From contig CAWKKR010000008.1 in the NCBI GenBank assembly GCA_963850305.1, positions 256,001 through 320,000 of the forward strand: 64,000 nt of DNA. The letters are read 5' to 3'. A model generated the notes under the pieces. That model had not been told where the DNA came from. It worked only from the letters and a program-made list of their open reading frames with translations, and did no database searches. Positions 30,753 through 40,594 of this stretch are shown in pieces (positions within the stretch are counted from its first letter, which is position 1; each line of letters starts with the position of its first letter). The stretch comes from an uncultured delta proteobacterium. GTDB taxonomy: Bacteria; Myxococcota_A; Polyangia; Polyangiales; Polyangiaceae. The position numbers and the translations under genes are program-made.

Positions 30753-31979
30753 ATGGTCGAAGTGGTGGAACCCGAGCACGTCGGCCTATCGAGCGCAGGG
30801 CTCGCGCGCATCGACGAACATCTGACCTCTCGGTACGTGAGGGACGGCAAGATTGCCGGAGCGCTCACGCTCGTCGCGCGGCACGGCAAGGTCGCCTTCT
30901 TCTCCCCTCTCGGGAGCATGGACGTCGCTCGCCAGAAGCCGATGCAGAAGGACACGATCTTTCGCATCTACTCGATGACGAAACCGGTCACGTCGATCGC
31001 CCTCATGATGCTCCACGAGCGGGCGCTATTTCAGCTCACCGACCCGGTCCACCGGTGGCTCCCGGAGTGGGAACACTTGCGCGTCTTCCGCTACGGCAGC
31101 TACCCGAGCTTCACGACCGACCCGATTGCGCGTCCCATGACCGTGCGCGACCTGCTCACGCACACTTCGGGACTCACCTACGGCTTCATGGAGCGGACCC
31201 CGGTCGACGCCGCATATCGCAAGGTCGGCTTCGGCGTGAACGACGGTAAAGGGAAGCTCTCGGAGTACGTGAAGACGCTCGGCACCCTGCCTCTCGAGTT
31301 CTCGCCCGGCACCGCGTGGAACTACTCGGTGGCCACCGACGTCGTCGGACATCTCGTCGAGCTCATCAGCGGGCAGTCCCTCGACGAATACTTCCGCGAG
31401 AAGATCTTCGAACCGCTCGGCATGGTCGACACCGCCTTCAGCGTCCCGGCAGAAAAGGTGTCGCGCTTCGCCGCGAACTACACGCGCTCGGCAGGCAAAC
31501 AGCTCATCGTCCTCGACGATCCGGAGCTCAGCACGTACTCGCGCCCCCGCACGTTCTTCTCCGGCGGCGCGGGCCTCGTATCCACCGCCGCCGACTACCA
31601 CCGCTTCGCCGAGATGCTCCGCCGCGGCGGCGAGCTGGACGGCGCGCGCATCATCGGACCCCGCACCCTCCGCTACATGACGTCCAACCATCTGCCCGGC
31701 GGTCGTGATCTCGCCAGCCTGGCGCTCGGCTCGTTCAGCGAAACCCGTTACGAAGGCGTCGGGTTCGGGCTCGGATTCTCCGTGACGGTCGACCCTGTGC
31801 GCGCGCAAGTCCCGAGCTCCGCGGGAGAGTTCGGCTGGGGCGGCCTCGCGAGCACCGCGTTCTGGGTCGATCCGGTGGAAGACCTCGTCGTCATCTTCAT
31901 GACCCAGCTCGTCCCGTCCAGCGTCTTCAACTTCCGGGGTCAGCTCAAATCGGTCGTTTACGGCGCGATCGTGGATTGA
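30753..31979 (+). CDS. Serine hydrolase, beta-lactamase/esterase family
   Basis: FRIYSMTK (SxxK), LLTHTSG, PGTAWNYS, FGWGG. Confidence 0.92.
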   Translation: MVEVVEPEHVGLSSAGLARIDEHLTSRYVRDGKIAGALTLVARHGKVAFFSPLGSMDVARQKPMQKDTIFRIYSMTKPVTSIALMMLHERALFQLTDPVHRWLPEWEHLRVFRYGSYPSFTTDPIARPMTVRDLLTHTSGLTYGFMERTPVDAAYRKVGFGVNDGKGKLSEYVKTLGTLPLEFSPGTAWNYSVATDVVGHLVELISGQSLDEYFREKIFEPLGMVDTAFSVPAEKVSRFAANYTRSAGKQLIVLDDPELSTYSRPRTFFSGGAGLVSTAADYHRFAEMLRRGGELDGARIIGPRTLRYMTSNHLPGGRDLASLALGSFSETRYEGVGFGLGFSVTVDPVRAQVPSSAGEFGWGGLASTAFWVDPVEDLVVIFMTQLVPSSVFNFRGQLKSVVYGAIVD

Positions 31980-31988
31980 GGACCGCGC

Positions 31989-33857
31989 TCAGCTCGCCGC
32001 AGCGCCGGTGGCTTCCTGTAGAAGAGCCGTGAGGCGCGTCGCAAAACGGATCGGATCTTCCACTGGACTGCCTTCGGCGAGCAAGGCCTGCTCGAACAGC
32101 AGCTCAATCCACTCGTCGAGCTTCTCGGAGCCCGGGTCCTTGGATTCCAGCCTTTCCAGGTTCTTCACGAGGGGGTGGTTGGGATTCACCTCCAAGATGC
32201 GCTTCGTCTTTGGTGCATCCTTGCGCGTCGCCCGGAGCACGCGCTCGATGTAGGGTTGAAGGCCGCCCTCCGGCACGACGAGGCACACCGGAGAATCCGT
32301 GAGGCGGTCGGAGACGCGCACCTCGCTCACGTGGTCCTGGAGCTTCCGGCGAATGTGGTCGCGCAGCTCACGGAGCGCGGTCTCTTCCTCCGGCTTCTTT
32401 TCCGCCTTCTCGTCGTCGAGCTTCAGATCCGAGCCCGTCACGGACACGAGCGGTAGACCGTCGAACTCTTCCAGTCCTTCGACGGCGAACGAGTCCACCG
32501 CGTCCGTCATGTAGAGCACCTCGTAGCCGCGCTTGCGCAACGCCTCCGTGTGAGGGCTCCGCTCGGCCAGCCCCCGCGACTCCGAGATGACGTAGTAGAT
32601 CGCCTTCTGTCCCTCGGGCATCCGCGCCTTGTACTCGGCGAGCGACACGAGGCCGGCGCCATGACTGCTGTCGTACCGGAGCAGCGGAGCGAGCCGATCC
32701 TTGTGTTCGGGCTCGAAATGCAGGCCCTCCTTGAGGACGTTGCCGAACGTGCCCCAGAACTCCCCGTAGCGTGCCGAGTCCTTCGCCGTCTCGTCGAGCA
32801 GATCGAGCAGCTGTTTGACGACCTGCTTCCGGATCACGCGCACGATCTTCGAGTCCTGGAGCAGCTCGCGCGACACGTTGAGCGGCAGATCTTCCGAATC
32901 GATCACGCCGCGCACGAACCGGAGCCACCGCGGGAGCAGCTCCTCGCAATCGTCCATGATGAAGACGCGCTTCACGTAGAGGCGCACGCCGTGGCGGCTG
33001 TCCGGCGTGAACAGATCGAACGGCGCGCGCTTCGGCACGAACAGCAGCCCGGTGAAGAGCTGCGTCCCTTCCACCTGAAAATGCCGGTGCGCGAGGGGCG
33101 CCTCGAAGTCGTGCGTCAGATGCTTGTAGAGCTCCGTGTATTGCTCCTCGGTCACGTCGCTCGGCCGCCGCTGCCATAGCGCCTTGCCCTGATTCAGCGT
33201 CTCGACCTTGTCTTCCTTGTTCTTGTCGACCGTGACGAGCTCGATCGGATAGTCGAGAAAATCCGAGTAGCGCCGCACGAGCTCTCGCAACCGGAAGCCA
33301 TCCAGGTAATTCGCGTCCGCCTTGAGATGCAGGATGACCGACGTGCCCTGCGACTCTCGGTCCGTCGGCTCGATGGTGAAGGTCTCCGCGCCGTCCGACG
33401 ACCACTTGTGCGCGCCCGCTTCCCCCGCCGCGCGACTCACCACTTCCACCCGATCGGCGACGAGATAGCCGCTGTAAAACCCGACCCCGAACTGCCCGAT
33501 GAGGTTGACGTCGCTCTTCTTGGCTTCCTCGACCTTCTCGAGGAACGCGCGCGTTCCCGAATGCGCGACCGTCCCGAGCTCCTTCGCGAGCGCCTCCGCC
33601 GTCATGCCGACCCCGTTGTCCCAGATCGTCAGCGTCCGCTTCTCCGCGTCGGGGATGAGCTGCACCTTCAGCTTCTCCCCCTGGGGCAGCAAGTTCGGCT
33701 CCGTAACCGCGCGGAAGCGCAGCTTGTCGAGCGCGTCCGACGCATTCGATACCAGCTCCCGAAGAAAGACGTCCGGGTTACTGTAGAGAGAATGGATGAC
33801 GAGGCTCAAAACCTTCGTCACTTCGGCCTGAAAGCGGAATTCCTTGGTCTCTGACAT
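31989..33857 (-). CDS. htpG: Chaperone HtpG (Hsp90)
   Basis: [40 protein letters not shown]. Confidence 0.97.
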
Positions 33858-33870
33858 GGCTCGGAGCGAG

Positions 33871-33898
33871 AGGATCGACACGGGACCGGAAGTGTCAA
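33871..33898 (-). promoter_or_regulatory. Possible htpG promoter
   Basis: Minus strand TTGACA-16 nt-GATCCT shortly before the ATG; the -10 is weak. Confidence 0.35.
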
Positions 33899-34011
33899 GA
33901 CCGGTCGGGAAGAGGGGATGCACCCGCGGTTCGAATGATATCTTGCCGCAGCGAGAGAAGGGCTCGTTCGCGGCGCAGCGCCGGGGTCCGTTCCTCGGGA
34001 ACCCAGGCGGG

Positions 34012-34043
34012 CTCGCGTTCTCCGTGTCTCGCGTTCTCCGTGT
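34012..34043. repeat. Exact 16-bp tandem repeat x2 in a ~590-bp intergenic region
   Basis: CTCGCGTTCTCCGTGT repeated at 34012-34027 and 34028-34043. Confidence 0.8.
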
Positions 34044-34449
34044 GAGGAGAACGGCGATTCCTTGCCCAGCTAGCCGGGTTCATTCCGCGAAGGCGGATTT
34101 TGCCGGTCGAACTTGCCGGGACCGTTCGCGGAGCGCGCGGATTTCGCCCCCGGCGTGCCGCGCCGCGCCCGTGGGCGTGCGATTCCCTCCTCCGAGGGCG
34201 CGTGCTCCCGCCAGAGCGCGAAGATGGAAACTCTCGGATATCGCCGGGAGTCGCGGACGCGGAAAATCAATCAGCGGGAATGCCGGATCGCGCGGATCGC
34301 GTCCGAACGGAACTGGGTCTCGCAGGCGCGGTGACTTGGGTTCGGCGGGTACGAGAGGCTGCGCTGGCGGCGAGAAGCGTCTCTTGCCGCGCTCGTTCCT
34401 GCGTGGCGCCAGACCCCTGACGAACCGCGACCGTGCGAGACCGAACCGA

Positions 34450-35374
34450 TCAACTCCCGTCCTTGCAGCAGCGGACGCCGAGGGAGTAGTCGTAGTACAT
34501 CGGGGCGTGCGTGGTGACGCGGCTGTCGCAGCCGTTCTTGGTGTCGCGCGCGTAGAAGCCGCCGTCGAACTCGGGGCGGTCGCCGTCGACCCATTCGTCG
34601 ACGTTGCCGACCATGTCGTAGATGCCGTCGTTGCCCCAGCGGCTCACGCAGGTGGGGGTCGCGCCGGTCAGCCGAAGGAGCGGCTTTTCACCGCCCTCCG
34701 CGACGAGGTTCAAGCGGGGATCGCGGTGGCCGAACGACGTGCCCTGATGGAGCGCGAGCCCCGGATGGATGTAGCCCCACACGTTGCACTGCTCCCTGTC
34801 GAACGTGTCGCCATAGGGAAAGTGGGTCTGGTTTTGCCCTTCGCACGCGGTCAGCCATTCGTCCCGGGTGCAGAGGCGCTTGCCCGCGCTCTCACAGGCA
34901 CGCTTCGCAATCGGATACGCCACGTAAGCTTGCGGGACGACGTGCGCGCGCGAGACGGCTTTTGCCCGGAACGAATGCTCGCGCTGCCAGTCGCCGAGCT
35001 CCGGAATCGGCATGGCACGAGCGGCCTCGGTGCCGAACTCCGCACGGTCGATGTCCCACGCTTGCCAGACGTCGCGGAGCAAGTGCGGCTCGGGCGGGTA
35101 GTAGGGCGAGAGCGGCTGGCCGCGTCGCCGAGTCGACCATCGACGCTTCCCAGCGGTCCACGCAGTAGGCGCGCACTTCCACCATCTCCGGGGGACAGCG
35201 CCCGTGTTTCGGGGCGTCGCGCGCCTCGTTCGAGTCGTGCGACGTGGGGTTCGACGGCTCCGCGGGGCCGCCCGCCGCGCGACCGAGCCCGGCCGCGAGC
35301 AAAGACGGCACCGCGACGAAGACGAGAACGCGGAGGCGCCGGCCCGGGGTGGGTGGTAGCTGTCTAGGGGGCAT
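34450..35374 (-). CDS. Secreted SUMF1/FGE-sulfatase domain protein; +1 frameshift near 35122
   Basis: Signal peptide, CPPEMV, YCVDRWEA, then GKRLCTRDEW, DMVGNVDEW, GVRCC. Confidence 0.88.
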
Positions 35375-35377
35375 CGG

Positions 35378-36029
35378 ATGGGAACGGAACCCGAAACTCT
35401 ACTACGAGGCGAGGCGAGATAAGCTCGCCGAGCGCCTGACGCGCGTCGTCAGCGATGCGCGCATCCTCGACGCGTTCCGGAGCGTGCCGCGAGAGCTCTT
35501 CGTTCCCGAGGAGATGCGCCGCCACGCGTACGAGGACCGCGCCCTGCCCCTCGCCCAGGGTCAAACCATCAGCCAACCGTCCATGATCGCGATCATGTTC
35601 GAGGCACTCGCTCCATCGGAGGGCAACCGTGCACTCGAGATCGGCGGCGGCTCGGGGTATGCGGCGGCCGTCCTGTCACGATTCGTCCGAGAGGTGCACA
35701 CGGTCGAGCTTTTGCCGGACCTCGCGGCCATGGCGAGGGACAGTCTCCGCCGCGCGGGGATCGAGAACGTCACGGTGCACGTCGGGGACGGCTCGCGCGG
35801 GCTTCCGGCGCACGCGCCGTACGATCGGATCCTCGTTTCCGCAGGCGCGCATCGGGTGCCGGACGAGCTGGTGTCGGAGCTCGCGCCGGGCGGCCTCATC
35901 GTGATCCCGGTCGACGATGTCGACGCCCAGGTGCTGCGCATCGGACGCCGCCAGGGCGGCGCGCATGAGGTTCAGTGGACCGAAAGCGTGCCCTGCGTAT
36001 TCGTGCCGCTCGTACAGACAGCGCCGTGA
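35378..36029 (+). CDS. pcm: Protein-L-isoaspartate O-methyltransferase
   Basis: VPRELF, AYEDRALP, GQTISQP, LEIGGGSGY, GDGSRG, FVPL. ATG 35378 is out of frame by one extra G (ATGG-G-AA). Confidence 0.9.
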
Positions 36030-36031
36030 GC

Positions 36032-36595
36032 TTACGCGGAACCGACGGTGCGGGTGGCGAATGCCATGGGCGTCGTGCCGGCATTCTCGTAAGCGCGTTG
36101 CCAGACGTCTTCCCGCGGCACGTCGAAGACGAGCTCGGCCGCGGCGTCCGTGGGCAGCCACGCACCCGTCCGGATCTCGTTCTCGAGCTGCCACGGAGCC
36201 CATCCGGCGTAACCGATGAGCCCGACGAGGTTCTGTGGGCCGCGCCCTTCCGCGACGGCCTCGAGCATCTTCCGCGAGGGCGAAGCGGTCACGCCGGAAC
36301 CTACATCGAACTGCTCGGCGAATCCCTCGAGCTTGTCTTCCGTTCGATACATGAGCCAGACCTGCTCCTGGGCGACGGGCCCTCCGATTCGAACCTCGCC
36401 GCGCGGCCACGGACCCGCCGAGGCGACGTCTGCGCGCGTGAGGAGCTCTTCCACGGTCATGACTCCGCGGCCGTTGATGACCCAGCCGAAGGCGCCGTCA
36501 GGGCCGTGCGCCGCCAGGAGAATCACCGAGCGGTCGAAGTTCGGGTCCGCGAGAGGCGGCGCGGCGACCAGCAGGCCCGGGGCAAGAGGAGACAT
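36032..36595 (-). CDS. YqgE/AlgH family protein
   Basis: LLVAAPPLADPNFDRSVI, GGPV, GYAGWAPWQLENEI. Confidence 0.92.
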   Translation of the reverse strand: MSPLAPGLLVAAPPLADPNFDRSVILLAAHGPDGAFGWVINGRGVMTVEELLTRADVASAGPWPRGEVRIGGPVAQEQVWLMYRTEDKLEGFAEQFDVGSGVTASPSRKMLEAVAEGRGPQNLVGLIGYAGWAPWQLENEIRTGAWLPTDAAAELVFDVPREDVWQRAYENAGTTPMAFATRTVGSA

Positions 36596-36701
36596 GCCTC
36601 GATAAGGTAAAGCACGAGGGTCCGGCGAGCAACGTCGCCGGAAATTTTCGGAACTTCAGCGCCTGGAGCACCGCAGCACACGACCGGCGCCGTGCGGCCG
36701 C

Positions 36702-37913
36702 TCAGGTCGTGTAGCTGCCGTTGATGTGAACGTAACCCTCGGTCAGATCGCAGCCCCACGCGATGGCGGATGCGCTGCCCAGACCGAGATCGACGGCGAT
36801 GACGACCTCCGCGGCGTCCATCGCTTTCTTGATGGCCGCGTAGGGCACGTCCGTCGGCGAGCCACGCTCGAACGCGCACTCTTCGCCGATCCAGACGCTC
36901 GTGCGATCGACGTCGACGTTCGCGCCGGAGCGTCCGACCGCCATCATGACGCGCCCGAGGTTCGGATCGCGACCGGTGACCATGGTCTTCACGAGCGGGG
37001 AAGACGCGACCGTGCGCGCGGCGCGCCGCGCGTCTTCGACCGACGCGGCGCCGCGAACGCGGACCTCGATGAGCGTTCGAGCTCCTTCACCGTCGCGAGC
37101 GAGATCTCGCGCAAGCTCGATCGCGACGGCTTCGATCGCCCCGCGGACGGCGCTCTCGGCGGGATGCCCGCCGTGGATCGCCGGACCGCCGGCACGGCCG
37201 TTGGCGAAGAGGAGCATCGTGTCGCTGGTGGACGTGTCCATGTCGACGTCGACCATGTTGATAGAGACGTCCGCGACGTCGCGCAGCGTGGAGCGAAGCC
37301 AGCTGGCGTCCGCGGGCGCGTCCGTCGTCAGGAAGCAAAGGACGGTCGCCATGTCGGGGTGCACCATTCCGGAGCCCTTCGCGGTGCCGCCGACGGTGTA
37401 GGTCACGCCGCCCACCGCGACCTTCGCGGCCCGGTGCTTCACGACCGTATCCGTCGTGATGATCGATCGACTGAAGTCCGCGCCGCCCGCGACCGTCGGG
37501 CGCATCGCGTGAATGCCCCGCTCGATGGACTCGAGCGGCAATGGACGACCGATGACGCCAGTGGACGCGACCAGCATGTCTTCTTCGGACAAGGCGAGGT
37601 GAGCGGCGGCGATCGCCGCCATACGGTGCGCGTCCTTCCGGCCGCGCTCACCCATCGCGACGTTGGAGCATCCAGAGTTCACGACGAGCCCGCGCGCGCG
37701 CCCCGACGCAACGCGCTCACGACACAGCTCCACGGGCGCCCCGCACACTCGGTTCTTGGTGAAGACGCCTGCGACGGCACACGGAGCTTCCGATACGAGC
37801 AGGCCTACGTCCAGCCGCGGCTCGGGACCGTAAGTCTTGATGCCGACCGACGTGCCTGCCCCGAGAAAACCCAGGGGAGACGTGACGCCTCCATTCGCGA
37901 TCCATTCGTGCAT
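36702..37913 (-). CDS. argJ: Bifunctional ornithine acetyltransferase/N-acetylglutamate synthase
   Basis: STGVIG, TTDT, KGSGMVHPDMATV (autocleavage Thr), DGEGA, WGCDLT. Confidence 0.95.
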   Translation of the reverse strand: MHEWIANGGVTSPLGFLGAGTSVGIKTYGPEPRLDVGLLVSEAPCAVAGVFTKNRVCGAPVELCRERVASGRARGLVVNSGCSNVAMGERGRKDAHRMAAIAAAHLALSEEDMLVASTGVIGRPLPLESIERGIHAMRPTVAGGADFSRSIITTDTVVKHRAAKVAVGGVTYTVGGTAKGSGMVHPDMATVLCFLTTDAPADASWLRSTLRDVADVSINMVDVDMDTSTSDTMLLFANGRAGGPAIHGGHPAESAVRGAIEAVAIELARDLARDGEGARTLIEVRVRGAASVEDARRAARTVASSPLVKTMVTGRDPNLGRVMMAVGRSGANVDVDRTSVWIGEECAFERGSPTDVPYAAIKKAMDAAEVVIAVDLGLGSASAIAWGCDLTEGYVHINGSYTT

Positions 37914-37917
37914 CTGC

Positions 37918-38457
37918 TCACTCCATCAGGCTCTTGATCTGCGCGTCGATCTGCCGCTCGTCTCCGGCGCGAAAGCCCGAGTGCACGAAGCGGACGAGCC
38001 CGTTCTTGTCGAGGATGAAGCTCGTCGGCATGGACTCAGGGTGGTAGCTCTCGGCCACGCCCTTCTGCGAATCCCAGGCGAGCGGGAACGTCGCCCCCGT
38101 CTCCTTTGCGAAGCCGGGAATACCGCCCGCTTCGTCGTCCTCGGAAATGCCGACGATGACCAGGCTGGTTCCGTACTTGCGCGCCAGGGCTTCGTACTTC
38201 GGGAAAGACGCGAGACAAGGCGCGCACCACGTCGCCCAGAAGTCGACGATCATCACCTTGCCCTTGCCGCTCTCGAGGCTCGCGCGGGAAGCACCGGATT
38301 GTGCCGTCAGGTCGAAGTCGGGCGCCGGATTTCCGAGCAGCGGAGCCGTGTCGCCTGGTGACGACGCTCCCGGGCCGTCCTTGTCACACGCCGTCGCAAC
38401 GAAGCCGAGCGCGATGAGGGCGAAAGCGATTGCACCGCGGAAATTGTCCGACGTCAT
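37918..38457 (-). CDS. TlpA-family thiol-disulfide oxidoreductase lipoprotein
   Basis: Lipobox ATAC, APDFDL, DFWATWCAPC, MPTSFILD. Confidence 0.9.
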   Translation of the reverse strand: MTSDNFRGAIAFALIALGFVATACDKDGPGASSPGDTAPLLGNPAPDFDLTAQSGASRASLESGKGKVMIVDFWATWCAPCLASFPKYEALARKYGTSLVIVGISEDDEAGGIPGFAKETGATFPLAWDSQKGVAESYHPESMPTSFILDKNGLVRFVHSGFRAGDERQIDAQIKSLME

Positions 38458-38491
38458 CGGCTCACTCGATAGCAACAAACGTGCGGCCTCG

Positions 38492-39844
38492 CTACGGCGC
38501 GGCGCTCGGCCGAGGTGCAGCAGTGCCGGGAGCCCCCGGCGCCGGCACCGCCGGAGCATTTGACTTGTGCATCACGACCACGTGAAAGTGATGGTGGACG
38601 TCGGAATATCCGAACTGGAACGGCAGCGGCTTCGCCGGGTTGTCGGTGAAAAGCTGGCGGAACGCGTGACCGTCGAGCGCCTCGACGGGGCCGTACCGAG
38701 CGGGGCCGTCGAATTTGCCGTACGTGTCCTGGACGAAGCCCGCCGCTCGCGCATAACGCGGCGGGACACCCGTCGAGTCGGAGATCATCCACACAGCGTG
38801 CTCGAGGAGATAGTCGCGGATGGCCGAGAAGTCGTTCGACCAGAGCAGGTGGCTCGCCGCCTTCGTCATGACGGAGACGGGCCCCTTGGCCACGAGATAG
38901 GCGAGCAGCCCCGGATCCTTGCCGAGTGCGGTGTTCGACAGATCGTGGGCGATGTGTCGCGCGATCTTGTCGGGACCCGTGGAGCCGGGCTTGTGGAAGC
39001 GGATCTCCACGTTCGGAAAGTGCGCATCTTCTCCCTCGGGGGCGGCGTGTGGGCGCGTGCCCTCGGCCTCGACCTCGGCGGCGGACAGATAATGCAAGGT
39101 GCCGTCGGGGAGGATCTTGAAGTAGCGGAGCGCCGTCGGTTCGTAACCGTGAACGACCAGCGCCGCGAGGAGGAGACCGATCTCGCCCGGTAGCGCCGCG
39201 CGCGCGTTCTTGCCGAGGTTGACGGTGTTGCTGTACGAGATGCCGAGCAGCTTGTAGACGTTGTGCGCATTGACCGCGAGCGCCCCGTGGAGCCGCTCCG
39301 GCAAGATGGAGTCGATGCGGCGGACGTCACCCGGGGGCTCGAGCGACATCGTCGTGATCTCGTCGGCGTCGGGATAGACGGTAAGCGCCGTGACCAGGTC
39401 GCCGCCCCCGAACGGGTAGACGACCTTCTTCGGCACGTCAGCGGGACGCAGCTCATCGATGAAGGGTCTTGCGATCGCGATCCACTTCGTCCGGTATTCT
39501 TCGTAAGCCTTCTTCAGCTTGTCGCAGTGAGCGTCGACGAGCTTGCGATCCAGGCGCGCCGGGACCTCGCCTTCGTCCCCGCAGGCGGCGACCCGGAACA
39601 GCTCGAGGGCCGGCGCGATGAGATTCTCGCCTTCGTCCGGCGGAGGGACGGTCGGCGGTGGCGGCGCGGGTTCGGTCGCGACGCTGGCCGCCGGGGCCGC
39701 ATTCGAGGACGGGACGGCGCTCGCGACGGTCGACGCCGCGGAGCGGGCGGACGTCGTGGCTGGCGGCTCCGTCGGGTTGCCCCGGCTCGAGCAGGCAGTG
39801 CACCAGAGGAGACCGAACACGACGACCGGGAAACGTGGAAGCAC
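38492..39844 (-). CDS. Conserved-looking hypothetical lipoprotein
   Basis: Lipobox-like WCTAC, Pro/Ala linker, globular domain with YPFGGGD, KAASHLLW, SDSTGVPP. Confidence 0.75.
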   Translation of the reverse strand: MLPRFPVVVFGLLWCTACSSRGNPTEPPATTSARSAASTVASAVPSSNAAPAASVATEPAPPPPTVPPPDEGENLIAPALELFRVAACGDEGEVPARLDRKLVDAHCDKLKKAYEEYRTKWIAIARPFIDELRPADVPKKVVYPFGGGDLVTALTVYPDADEITTMSLEPPGDVRRIDSILPERLHGALAVNAHNVYKLLGISYSNTVNLGKNARAALPGEIGLLLAALVVHGYEPTALRYFKILPDGTLHYLSAAEVEAEGTRPHAAPEGEDAHFPNVEIRFHKPGSTGPDKIARHIAHDLSNTALGKDPGLLAYLVAKGPVSVMTKAASHLLWSNDFSAIRDYLLEHAVWMISDSTGVPPRYARAAGFVQDTYGKFDGPARYGPVEALDGHAFRQLFTDNPAKPLPFQFGYSDVHHHFHVVVMHKSNAPAVPAPGAPGTAAPRPSAAP

Positions 39845-40010
39845 GGGTGGCCATTAGCATTACTCGGTCGCCCACTGGCGGAACAGTTCTGGGCTCCTTA
39901 GGGGCTTTCACCCGGCGAAACCAATTCGCCGGCGGCGATAGCGACCGCACGACTCGCGTGTCTCGCTCGCGATTCATCCTCGGTTTCCACCGATTCGCGC
40001 CGGGCCGAGA

Positions 40011-40026
40011 CGGCACGTCCGTTGCT
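40011..40026 (+). promoter_or_regulatory. Sigma-54 (-24/-12) promoter
   Basis: CGGCACGTCCGTTGCT closely matches TGGCACG-N4-TTGCW; 23 bp before ATG 40049. Confidence 0.65.
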
Positions 40027-40048
40027 ACTCCTGCACCCGGGGAGCAGC

Positions 40049-40588
40049 ATGAACGACGAAACTGGGACGGATACGTCGGCGGGGGTCGTGATGGTCGTGA
40101 TGGAGTTCGGGAGCCGCTGGCCTCGCTGTCTCGAGCAGCTTCTCGGCGCCACGCCACAAGGAGTCGTTCTCGCCCAGGACGTGACCGAGTCGGCGGGGAG
40201 CTTCCTGGTCCGGCTGCGACGCCGGCTCATCCGGCTCGGCTCCGCCGAGCATCGCGTGAGCGCCGCAGTGCTGTCCGTGGGCCATTCCCTTCAGTCCGAC
40301 GTGTTCGTCAGTCGTTGTCTGATGGTGCAAGTACTCGCACGGTCACTGGTGCCGACGGGTGGAAAGTTGGTCATTTCCGGACACGCGCAGCTACCTGACC
40401 TCGCCATTCAGGAGGCATCGCGCGTGGCCGCAACGATGGCCGAGCATCTGGTTGGCGCTCCGGAGTTGACGCTGGCGCTCGACGAACCCGGGAGCGGCCT
40501 GCGACGCGCGGTTCGGCGACCGACCACCCCGTTCGCCGTGGACGGGTTCGACCCCGTCGACGTTCGCGCCGAGCACGCCCGGGCTTGA
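40049..40588 (+). CDS. Hypothetical protein
   Basis: ORF with GGAG RBS downstream of the sigma-54 motif. Confidence 0.65.
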   Translation: MNDETGTDTSAGVVMVVMEFGSRWPRCLEQLLGATPQGVVLAQDVTESAGSFLVRLRRRLIRLGSAEHRVSAAVLSVGHSLQSDVFVSRCLMVQVLARSLVPTGGKLVISGHAQLPDLAIQEASRVAATMAEHLVGAPELTLALDEPGSGLRRAVRRPTTPFAVDGFDPVDVRAEHARA

Positions 40589-40594
40589 ACGGGT

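Noticed and set aside
30753..31979. Antibiotic-resistance beta-lactamase
   Set aside because: No signal peptide, and the motifs fit a cytoplasmic family VIII-type esterase/serine hydrolase.
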